64,000 bases of DNA from Takakia lepidozioides (taxonomy: Eukaryota > Plantae > Bryophyta). Under the pieces are notes generated by a model that did not search any database, was not told where the DNA came from, and saw only the letters and a program-made list of their open reading frames with translations. Shown here piece by piece: positions 12,227 to 23,536 of the stretch. The position numbers and the translations under genes are program-made. How positions within the stretch are numbered: position 1 is the first letter of the stretch; the number at the start of each line of letters is the position of its first letter. The stretch is taken from NCBI GenBank assembly GCA_030704615.1, contig CM060733.1, positions 10,726,001 to 10,790,000 on the forward strand, in the 5' to 3' direction.

Positions 12227-13324
12227 CACTACAGGAAAAAGGGGGGTTTTTCGACGTTGCGGCGTCATAAAACAACCCTTTTCGGGCAGGGGGAAAGAAC
12301 CAAATTTGCGATGCCCAGACGTCGCAAGCCTGTCGCCAAAAAAATGTCGCAAATTTGCGACCAATGGGGGTCGCAAATAGGCGAAACCGCGATTTGCAAA
12401 GCCCGGGCGTCGAAAAAAAAAAGTGCGACGCCCGGACGTCACAATTTAAGGGGGTACATTTGAATTTAGGTGGGAAATTTTGAATTTGAAATTTGAATTT
12501 CAAAAACTTGTTGACCATTGGCTCCGGCGTTGACCATTGACTCCAGTTCTGTCTATATCGTTCATTGTTCTACATATATCATGCAATGCATACTTGAACC
12601 TAAGACCTCCACGTTATAAAATTTTTCTAAGACAATACAAACTAACCAACATACCTAAGCTATATTCATGTATCACAAAAGCAATATATATATATATATA
12701 TATACACATAAAGATTTCTTTCAAGTTCCTTCTAAGGGGGTCTCTCTTGTGACGTCGGGGAATTGCAACCTCCACATCCTTACTACCCAGCCCCAGCCCC
12801 CGCCCAGCCCCAGCCCCAACGTCGTCGCCGTTGTTGCACCCCCCACCGCAAGGCGCCCAAACGACGTCCTTGTGATGACCTAAGTTGACCACAACATCAT
12901 TGCGACCCACTATGGCGACGCCGTTGCGACCCCCTGATGTCGTAACGTTGGGCGTCCCAGCGCGGGGAGCCCCCAACGACGTTTTTGTGAAGTTGAAGGC
13001 CGCAAAGCCCAAAAAAAAAACTCTCACTGTGGGGATGCTATTGCGACGCCCTGACGTCGCAGAGGCGCTGGGGCGCCCTTAATGACACTTTTGCGACGCC
13101 GAGGCATCGCAACGTCCGAAAAAGAAAAAGAAAAAAATCCGACACCGGGGCGTCGGAAGAAAAAAAATCCGTTGCAGCGAGGGCCCTCTATCCCCCTTCA
13201 TGCTACCTTACGACGGCTGGACATCGCAATGGTGTTGCAGCGGGCAAAAAAGCGTCGCGGGCTCAGCGCTGCGCGGGGCGTGGGGGCGCGGCTGGCGTCG
13301 CAAACCCCCCCATTTGCTGTAGTG
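12227..13324. mobile_element. Non-autonomous CACTA element, 1098 bp, 3-bp TSD AGA
   Basis: AGA|CACTACAGGAAAAAGGGGGGTTTTTCGACG ... CGTCGCAAACCCCCCCATTTGCTGTAGTG|AGA; GCGACG subterminal arrays at both ends; AT-rich core with a (TA)n run; no transposase. Confidence 0.95.
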
Positions 13325-13327
13325 AGA

Positions 13328-13760
13328 TCTGTTTTAAATTTTGCTCTCATGTGTTTTTTTGCAGCTTCCAGGACCTTGACTGAGTGTCATTGACGGGCAG
13401 ATGACACCTTTATCTGTGGATATGATTCCTGAGCAGTAGAAATTCCTACTCCATAGTAATCTGAGAGTATACTCAAGGTATTACTAGTGATCAACCTTGC
13501 TATAGAAGTAGCAACCCTAGTCTCCACTGGAATAGCAATTCGACACCTAGTATATTGTTTCTTCAGAAAAAGAGCTACCGGTGCAGACAAATACGAAATT
13601 TTTTCTCTTGACATGCGCATTCTATCCTCGAACATTCTGGACTGTAAGATCCCACGAGATATGTGTCTGCAAAACCTTTAGGTCTCTCAAATGCATGGAT
13701 CATTCCTTCTTCAAACCAAATATGTTGTCTTGCATATCAAACTGTGAAGCATGGTCAATA
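13328..13760 (-). pseudogene. PIF/Harbinger (HARBI1/ALP1-like) transposase N-terminal fragment
   Basis: FEDRMRMSREKISYL...IPVETRVATSIARLITSNTLSILSDYYGVGISTA matches the 'FRMS...ipve.rvai.l.rL..G.....i...fG.g.ST' helix-turn-helix region; frameshifted. Confidence 0.8.
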
Positions 13761-14225
13761 CAGTTTGGAGATGGTTATTGATTGCTAGAGAATGTCTACT
13801 TGACATAGCCTCTAAAATAATGAACATGGAAAACTAAAAAGCAAGTGTCGCAATGAGATCAATTCCCGAAGGCTTCATGGCTGTCTGCGATACTCTCCAC
13901 AAGAAACCTTGAAAAAAAACTAGACAGTTTGACAAGATATCTTGTCCAGAAAACGTTGTGAAGCTTGTCCGCTGGGTTCCTCCAACTTCCGAAACTTTTG
14001 ATGACATGGCATGTGTGAAGCGGCCCAAACGGTGGACAAACGGTGTTTTGGAGTGTTTTGTCCGGTCGCTAGTCTGGAAGGGACCTAATTTGGCCCAGGG
14101 GTCTAGATTGGCGCCGGCCCGGGTATCTTTACCGTGCTGCGGGAGATACTCTGGGACGTAATGCGCCGTAATTGCCAATTCTGATCCGTTATGCGCCATC
14201 TGCCCTGCTGTTGTATTCAGACGCT

Positions 14226-14300
14226 GACACGTGGTACACGAGCACCAAATCCTTAAAATGCTCCGATAACGCTGTGCTCGCCACGTGTTTAGCCACGTGT
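14226..14300. promoter_or_regulatory. Three clustered G-box/ABRE motifs upstream of the thioesterase gene
   Basis: GACACGTGG (14226), GCCACGTG (14280) and GCCACGTGT (14292), 140-215 bp before the ATG. Confidence 0.5.
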
Positions 14301-14442
14301 ATCGCTGATGCGAGGCCATTCCAGGGCACCATTCCATAGGAAAGGGAACATGCCCCAACATACATACCTCCCAGCAGCAGAAGCGAGGGAGGAGCAAGAG
14401 CGGGGCAGGGTGCAGCAGAGGGAGAAGAGAGTGGCAGGAGAC

Positions 14443-17203
14443 ATGGCGTCCAGGGTCGTCATCTGGCTGCATGGCCTGGGGGACTCTGGGCCTGCCAATG
14501 AGGGCATAGCCTCGTTCTTCAGCGGCCCCAAGTTCGCTGCTGTCAAGTGGCGATTCCCCAGTGCCCCGTCCCAACCCGTTACCTGCAACTGTGAGTAATC
14601 CTCTCATGCTCTTTTGTGGCGGTTTCGTTCGCTTCCATGATACGTTTGAAGTGATTCCCTCGTTTCTTGCCTCTCAAATTTGGCTCACTGCCTCAGTTTA
14701 TCTCTAATTTGAACCGGTCATCATCTGCACCACTCTCCCGATGCGCTTTCGTTGCAGCATTGTTCTTGGCCGCTGCCAATTCTTCCGCACTGCACTGTAT
14801 GGGACCGGCAAGTGGAATAGGTTGGACAAATGAGTTCCACATGCAACTTTTTCACTAAATTAGGCGTTATTATGTATTCTTGTCCGGACGGAAGTTGTGT
14901 GCCCTACAAATTTGCGCACGGGGCGCTTCTCAATATTTGGACCTCAACATCCGCTACTGCTCACATTTCCCGGTCCTCTGACGACTTCCAGATAAAGCGG
15001 TGGATGCCCATCTAAGCAGTGTGTCATAGGAGATTGGAGAAGGAATTTGGCCGTCTTTTAAAATTAACGGTATAGGAAACGCACTGGGCTCAGTAGTAAA
15101 GCACTGTCTGAGAAAGAGGACACATCCTCCAAGAAGGAAATTCATGAAGCTGGTGTAGACATGTCTGAACGTTAAACAAAGGGCATCGTGTTAGAAGCCA
15201 TGAGAAAAGAATTCCAGTGTTGTACGAATGTACCGATGGATTAGACCTTGATTGCTGTAGCCTTTGTGGCCAGAGGTAGCACTGGGTTCGGAAAGTAAGG
15301 TGAGGAGAGGGATAGGGAGCCGGATGGGAGCAGAATGGGGCATATTATGGTGTACAGCGGGTCTTATCACCATTGCTTCAACTCGTGTGATGAAGCAAAT
15401 AGTGTGCCATTGGGTATGGTCCATCTTCCTTCAGTTACAATCATCTGATAATTGTTGATAGCACTGTCACTGCTGAGGCATACTAACCTAGTCTGTTACA
15501 AATATGCTGTTTTCAGCTTGCATGTATGCCAAGTAATTGAAAGAGACTGGTGTCTGATTGTGATGGTTGATGGCAGATGGCGCATCAATGCCATCCTGGT
15601 TTGACCTTCCTGAGGTCCCCATCACCGTGGTAAGCTTTATTATCTTCTCGAACCCACATCTTTGAAATCTAATCGACTCCACAGAGGGTGCCAGTCGATC
15701 GGCCATTTGTTGATTAGGTGACCTGAGAGTGCTCTTTGATGGACAGGACTGTCTATTTCTGAATGTGAGGCACGGAAATTATGGAGATATGTGTCATTGT
15801 TGTAGGAGAGCTTGAAATGGTCTGCAGTTAGGGTTCTTGGTCTCACTTTCATCTTTGATCAATGTGGGAGGGTGAGGGAATGAGAGGAAATTCCGCTCCC
15901 AAGGTAGTCTTTGTTTGCAACTGGTAACAATCTACTTCGCACATCAAATGGGAGACTAGATAAGTGGTAGTGGTAACGTTGGGTGCAGAACTCGCCAAAC
16001 TTGGAAGATGGAGTCCTGAAGGCAGTGCAGGTAGTACATAGAATGATTGACAAGGAAGTGGCTGCAGGTGTTGAAGCCAACCGCATCTTCCTTTGTGGCT
16101 TCAGCCAAGGAGGCAGGTCATCCTCCTTGTATTTGATATTTCTTACTTGTATGTTTTCACAGGGGTTGCTTTGCTGCACTATTTTAACATGGTCTGCAGT
16201 GAACACTTTGGTGGGCAATCGATTGATTACCGAACATATCACATACTTCTGATATCTGGTGTACCTTCATGTTCACAATTGTTTTGCTGTCAGCAACCAC
16301 TTTAGGAGTTCAGAAAAGTGGTCAGCTTCCTGTCATTGTGCAGGGGCACTGACATTGGCAAGTGCAATGTCATATCCAAAAACTCTGGCTGGAGCTGCTG
16401 TGTTCAGTGGCTGGGTGCCTTTGGATGCAGAAGGGTTCCTCGAAAAGCTTACGTTGGATGCTAAGCAGGTGAGTTATGCATGTCCAATATCTTAATGCGC
16501 CCATTCCAGAAAGTGATGTCAGCCCTTTATGAAAGCGGTATTACGTGTGGACCCAGTACCAGTCAGGCATTTATTTTTGCAGACATGCAAAGTAATTGGC
16601 TATGGTTCAGCTACAGTTGATTCCTGTCGACTCTGATGGTTGTATCCATTTGTGTTTTTCTTGTGGAGTAGACGCCGGTGTTGTGGGCACATGGAATAGT
16701 TGACCCGGTTGTAGAGTTTGGGGCTGGCCAGGCTGGCCCTCCATTGCTGGCTCGTGCTGGAGTGAAGTGCGAGTTCAAGGTAGGGATATACAACTCATCC
16801 TTGTTCCAGAGTACTTTGATCACCAATATGGAAGTGTTTACTAACTAGCTACTAACCACACTGCATCAAGAGTTCCCACTTTACTTGTTAGCTTCCAGCC
16901 TACAGACAACTTGTGTTTGCACCTGTCGACTGGGAAAAACATACTTTGGTCAAGTTAATGGCCATGAAATTTGACCTTATGCTTAGCCATGCAACAAGAC
17001 TGAGTTGATGAGAAACAGCTTCTACCTGTTGTCAAAGGTTTCTCATGTTTGCTTTTATGCTTGTCAACTATAATATGTCTGCAGATGAGCCTGTCTGATA
17101 TAAAGATGGTCATGTGGTTCAGGCATTTCCAGGACTTGGCCATTCCATCAGCCCTGAACAGCTGGCAACTTTGGAGGGCTGGATGAAGTCTCACATGCAA
17201 TAG
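14443..17203 (+). CDS. Acyl-protein thioesterase / carboxylesterase (Abhydrolase_2, SOBER1/APT-like), 6 exons
   Basis: Exons 14443-14590, 15577-15629, 15989-16112, 16344-16468, 16672-16779, 17123-17203. Motifs WLHGLGDSG, MPSWFD, GFSQGG (nucleophile), HGIVDPVV (Asp), GLGHS (His). Confidence 0.93.
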
Positions 17204-19015
17204 GCTACCTGTGATTCAAGAAGGATGTCAAGGTTTGAGGTTGCACACGATCTCTAAATAATTGGAAAGCAAGTGTCACATGCCATACATCAAATCCTGT
17301 CAGTATGCGCTCAGATATTCCTTCAGGTTGTAACTAGGAAGTGAGAATCAGACAAAAGTTTCCAAGTCTAAAATCACACTCTTAGACTGAGGATTCTCTG
17401 AACTGCACTTCCAACATGACTGCTCTCTAGGGTCGTGATGTCATGAATATTTTGAGTAGAGGTTTGTCAAGAGGCATACTAAATTTGATACAGCATAGCA
17501 GGTGTACAACAGAGGCCTATAGGTAACAAGACTTACCATATGGACTCCCTAATATACGAGGAACAAGCAAAAGTGGGAGTGCCACTTGCACACATGTTGC
17601 ATCACAAAACAAATAGTGGGTTTTGACCCAGACATTTGCATTCAGTAATGCAAATCAACAACTCAGATGTTCATTGTTGACGTCCATCTCTGTGCCGGAA
17701 GTTCCTTAAATACTCGTCCTTAAATACTCATCGACATATTTCACATACATTCTTGACACTTTCATATCACTTTATTCAAATGTTTGAATTTATTTTTTCA
17801 GTGCCTTATCATAATAACAAGTTCCAATTTGCAAACCTTTGAGGTACATCAGTTCTGTGAATGTCTGTCTGCCATGGAAGATCTACATGACATAGTATTG
17901 TTTGTCCTGCCAAGAATCTCCACACATAAAACAGACTTCCACGGCAGGTCATAGACTTGGTTGTGCTGAGTTGGTTGTGCTCATTTCTGAATCGCAGGAA
18001 AAACTTGCAGATCTTGAATTCTACCTAAACTGAAGAGACTGATGGCAGGTTTGTGAACTGAGGATGGTGTTGTGGTTCACCTTCTCAACTTCTGCAAGTG
18101 TAGGAATTCTCGCTTGCATGGGCAAGAACCAGATGCAGTAGCCTACTCTGCATCGTCCTACTCTGCGTTATGGGAACTGCGTTGAGGCTTTGCATCCGTC
18201 ATGTGTGGCCTGGCTATGAGAAAGATAATAACAAACAAGCTGGCGAGATTTTGGCCCACACTACCACTCTACTGTTCCTGTACTCTTGCCAACAAGGCGG
18301 GGCTTTCTATATCGGGTCTCTCGACTTCTCACCCCGCGTGCGCCGTGAACGACTAGGTCTCGGGATTGCCACAATGATGAGTGAAAGAGTGAGAGGAATG
18401 TTGCTATTATCCGAATTCGTCGGGTCCATCGCCGTCTTCATATATCGTATGCCATTAATAGCATTGACAGAAGGGTTGTGGAGTGATGGCGGTGAGACGG
18501 ATGACGAGAAGGTGATGGTTGATGGTCCTGGGACTACCTCCCGTGCGAGCAACGGCATTGTCTGCGGGGGATTCTCTGACGCGAGGCCTATACGAAGGCA
18601 AGCCTGCTATGTGTGGCTAAGTTCGTGGTGTGCTCTCAGTGCTGAGCGAGTCTCTGCTATGGTTGGCGGGCGAGTAGTGCCAACCATCCCTTTTGTGTTA
18701 GGGTGAAGAGCCGGCAAGCGGGCGCACAAGAAACCTGCTTCGCTCTCTGCCTGCCCGCCCCAGGTTTAAGCTGGTTTGGAGGAACAGTCATATCCAATTC
18801 TGGTGGAAATATGACGGCAAGCAGGCCTGTGACCGGGTGATCTCGCAATTCTCTCTTTTTGTGCAACTCCTCGTCCTTCGAGTCAGGAAGATGAGGAGGT
18901 GAAGTACGGAAGCGCGTGCTCAGTGGATTTTGACGTGCAACGTCTCGACCAAGCCGGACGCTAGGACGTCTTCCGTCTGCTGACGTTAATCCGTATCAGT
19001 CCACAACAACGTACG

Positions 19016-21933
19016 ATGATGCGGAGGTCATCGACAAGAAGGACAGGGGGGGTGGTTCCGGCCACAGCCACCGCCTCTACTGGTCTCTAGCTCTATATTC
19101 TTTCCTCTTCGAAAATCAACTTTTGTAGTGGAGTGAGGGAATTGTCTGAGTCCATACTCTGTAGGCATATGTCGTTGCACTCCATAGCATTGAAGGTGCA
19201 GGAAGAAACGTTCTTGCATGGCTATGTGGCTTATAAAGAGTCTTTGACTGGTGTATTTGTGGAGTCTTTGCGCTGGCTTGAAATTTGAAATTTGCTGAGC
19301 TTTTCCAACGGTGCAGCCTTATGTTACGTTTGCAGGTCATGGTCACCTGTAAATCTCTCAGAAGTCAGATTAGTCTTCTTGAAGTACAATTAATGAACAT
19401 GTTATCCGCTTGTAACTTAGGGCTGAGGTAGTTGGACTCTTATGTTTCACTGCTTAGAGAAGGTGACATTTGGAAATTTGGGAATGATTAGAAATGAGAT
19501 CAGTTGTGATGCAGTTGCTGATGGGCGACTCCTGTCTGCATCATGTAGGGACAGGAAGTAAAGCTGCAGTGAAAGAACTAGAGAAAATCGATTACCTTTT
19601 CAGTCAATATGCAGATCATATGGATGAGTCGTCCATAGGGTGAGTGCCCGCTTCCTGAGAGAGGAGTGCCAGATCTGTCTTGGTGACCTCGATGTCTCTA
19701 ATTCTTCTTTAGCTTTTCTTGTCTGTATGTGTATGTGCAAGAAGGGTCACTTTCAGGTTGCGATGACTGCTTTCCTGTGCATTGTAGCGTTTATCCACTT
19801 TAGGTCCTTATATGTGTTCAGAGTCCCCTCCTATGGGCGTGTCACTGTTGACTGGCAAGGGATTATTTTAGTTGTGTTAAGACACCTGTGCTGAAGATGC
19901 TATCTTTTTCCTTCACCACTCCAGGTCGTAGAAGCCTAATGAGTATTCTGTTGGTTGCTCTCGGGGTTGGCAGGCCTGATGGAATAGAAGCATTATGTCA
20001 AGACCTGGGAGTGGCCCCAACGGACATCAAAATTCTGCTATTAGCCTGGTAAGCACTTGAAAGAGACTTGTTGCGACTGAATACAAAGGAATTTGGTGCA
20101 GCACTGATTTCAATTTTCCTGTAATCTATGACAAAAAATTGACCACATTCATGTAGGGTGGAGGCTTGACAATTTAGGGTTTCTCCCTTCCAATTGCTTC
20201 CTGTATGTATATCATGCACCACTGTTTGATTTGCTTAAGAATTTCTGCAGGAAGTTGCAGGCTGCTCGACAAGGATTCTTTACATTGGTCTGTGATTTAT
20301 TCCGAGTTTTTTGTATCTGCTTCTCAGTAGTCCGATTTTTTAAGGCGGAGAATCTGATTTGTTGCCATGAGTATTGGATTATTGGCTTTACTTTAAAATA
20401 TTTGTGTACAATAATTGTCTTTAAGCAATCCCTACCGCTACACTGTCTTGGCTTCAGGTTGCGTGCTGTTATGCGTGCAGCTTTTGTAAAATGAACAAAA
20501 CCTTGTGTCTATTGCTACTATGCTCCTTGAAGAGTGCTTAAATGTTGTAACGGTTGACTGTTATAGGACGAATGGAGGAAAGGGTTGAAAGCAATGCGCG
20601 TGGACAGCATTGACAAACTGAAGAAGGCGCTTCCTGGACTGCAGCAGGAGGTGCTAAGTCTATAGGAATTATTTGGCCATTATAGATGTGTTGCAAGAAC
20701 TCTGTTGTCCTCACCTTGTCATATAGGGCACACAATTGGTAACATGTGAGGTCTTTAGCACACAAGGAGTTGCTAGAGCTTGCTAGCATATTGTCTCTCC
20801 CTGCAGGTTGTGCGTGCAGAATATTGTATAGAGAGCACTGCAGTATGGTATTAGTGAGGAGGGGGTGTTAATCTAATACTGAAAGGTTTGCAGTTTTCTG
20901 AAGTGGGTCACTAACTTTGTACTGCGATGGTCAATGCAGGTGGCCAGTCAATACTTGTTCAAGGATTTTTATACCTTCGCTTTTCAGTACTGCTTAACAG
21001 GTGGATAGTCGGAGTGTTTTCATCTTTGCGGCTACTATAACAAAAGATAAATCAATACTACTCTTATGGCTACTGTGCTTGAAAAATAAATTGTGAATGC
21101 TTTGCCAAAGAAGTGTAATTCTCTAGTCACTTGACCCCGAAGGGCTACTGCCTTCCGGTGGGAAGGTGGACACCTTTATGACATCCAACATGTGGTTTCA
21201 ACCCGCAACCACCAGTGAAGCGGTTTGTGCCCTTACCACTAGGCTGAATGTTGGTTTTCCTGTGCTTGAACATCTTTCTTTATGTGTTTCTGTTTATAGA
21301 AAGGAAGGCTAGATGCATGATACTCTATTTTTCCTGTCAAGTTGCAAACTCTTTGTGACATATTTCCAATCTGGATGGGAGATTCAACTTCTGAAGTCTT
21401 GTTTTCCAGAGCCTCGCCAGAAAACACTTGATTTGGAGACTTCTTGTCAGATGCTGGAGTTGGTGTTGGGGCTCCGTCCTCATGTGGCCTCCTTTCTTCA
21501 GTTTTTACAAGTATTCACTTCGCTGCCCTAGTACACATTTTGGCATATGTTGGGCTTTATGTAGTGGGGTAGGATCTAATGTACTTTTGGAAGGTAATTA
21601 AGCAAACTCATGTTGTGTGTTGCGCTGTGCGTTATGTAGGAGCAAACAGAGTACAAAGCCATGAATATGGACCAGTGGACTGCTTTTCTCCGATTCTGTG
21701 ACGAGGTACAGGTCTTGTAACCTCTCTGCATACCTGCAGTGGATGCTTTACTTTCCAGGCTATGGTGAGTATAACTCAACAGGCCTCTAAGTACCTTTTA
21801 TAAGGTATGATAGAAATTTGGTGTGGTTGATTCGCAGATCATACCCGACCTTAGCAATTATGATGAAGGCCAAGCATGGCCTTTGCTGTTGGACAACTAC
21901 GTCGAGTGGGCGCGGAAGCTGAATAGCTCATGA
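19016..21933 (+). CDS. DCN1-like cullin neddylation protein (PONY/cullin-binding domain, DCUN1D4/5 type), about 9 exons
   Basis: Spliced peptide IGPDGIEALCQDLGVAPTDIKILLLAWKLQAARQGFFTLDEWRKGL...FKDFYTFAFQYC...QKTLDLETS...MNMDQWTAFLRF...SNYDEGQAWPLLLDNYVEW; GT-AG junctions in phase. Confidence 0.92.
21130..21250 (-). mobile_element. Putative tRNA-derived SINE remnant in a DCN1-like intron
   Basis: Minus strand: A-box-like CAGCCTAGTGGTAAG and B-box-like GGTTGAAACC with tRNA-like spacing; no full cloverleaf. Confidence 0.45.
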
Positions 21934-23536
21934 CCTCCACTCTGGGCTATGCTGGTGGGAACGAGGCCACTTCTTCTGGGTGTCGTGTATATTGTTACTC
22001 CAAGACAGAAATGCACATGTACTGGTGAAATTTCTGGCTATGATCAGTGAGACATTGCGATCAACATGAGTGTAGTACTTCCGGATCAAAGAATGCCTTT
22101 GAGTGAAGTGGCTGGGTTCTTCTAGGCAGGGTTCTCAGCTTGATCTGTTCAGTGCTGCTTGTCGCTACCATATTGCTACAGCAGACCATATGACAGGAAA
22201 CATAGTTATAGAGGAGCATTTAAACGAAGGGGCCTTCAGAGATGCCCACCATTGGAGACTGTATTTCTTGTGACCAGAGCATTGCTGTCGACCTGGCTGT
22301 CTTCGCCATGCTATTCACTTGCTCACCTGTGCTCATCTGGCAATGTGTAGAGGAAGAGCCCCTTCCAGAGGGCATTATGTGGCGGAATACCCACTGGCTG
22401 GGCCCTTCCCCAATGTGAAAACCTGACCTAATTTTGAGCAGATGTACCTTAAGGTACCTCCAAAAATAGGATCTGGTAAGGGAGGTCCAAAAAATCAAAG
22501 GAATTAATTAGGTCAGCTTTTTAAGCTTGGAATAAAAGCGCCATGATATTTCATGCAGCCTTGACCAACCATCAGCTTGTCTATTTCCTGCCATTACCTG
22601 CTTGTACACATGCTTGAGTTTGAAAAGGTTGGATGGCATTTCCAATCGTAATAGCGGGTATTTGTACATGGACCTGATGCATTACTATTGCGAAGCCTGC
22701 AATTTGATTGTGTCGGGCTTAAGAAGTATGTAACAGATTTATCTGATTCAACAACAAACTGCTCAAGGTGTGTTTCATATGGTGGCGGCACACTCATTAC
22801 TCATTTGGACACTGAGTTTGGTTCTACGTGAAAGTATAGTAGTCACAAGAATCCAACTACCGGTCCATATCACTTCAAATATAGTTGATACAAAGGTGGA
22901 GATTAAGGGTCTCTTGCTTGTGAAAATCCCCATCAATTTGCTGCATCGGACCCCAGGTTTCCCACTATATTTGAAGGACCGGTGTCCACATCATTGACAA
23001 ACTCCCCTGGGGACATGCGCAGCCGAACCTTGTGCATGGCTGGCCCAACAGACCAGTACATGAAACGTACCCCTATTCAAATGGGATTAGTGCGTTGTTT
23101 CACGACTAAGACCGAGACCGTTTGAGAGGTGGCTGGTGAAGTGGCTTGTCCACCTGTACACAGTGCCGAATATCCACGCAAACTGATTAGTGCTTCTGGA
23201 CTAGGTACGTGATCTTCTGCATATCCCAGCTGCCTAGATCTAGAGGCTGCAACAATGCGATTGAGTGCAACTTCAGATGGAGGGTTTCTCTTGTGGAGCT
23301 CCAAGAGCTGTGGGGCACCTGTATATATGTAAGCACACCTAAGCTGAAGAGTCCAAGTCGTTTTGGACTAATTCTTGGCCAAAGGCTCGTCACGGTTATT
23401 GCAGATTTTAGTAAAAATGAGATACTCGGTTATTGCAGAATTCAATAAAAGTCTCGTTTGAATGTAGCGACCTCTATACCTTGAGCAGGCGTGAGTGGCC
23501 ACCCTGAGAATGAGGGTTCTGGAGAAATAGAAGCAG

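Noticed and set aside
13834-14607. 257-aa minus-strand ORF
   Set aside because: Antisense to thioesterase exon 1 and its GC-rich promoter; no motif.
18170-18706. 178-aa ORF with faint GNAT-like 'YIGSLDFSPRVRRERLGLG'
   Set aside because: Spacing does not fit motif A and nothing else supports the fold; unresolved without a profile search.
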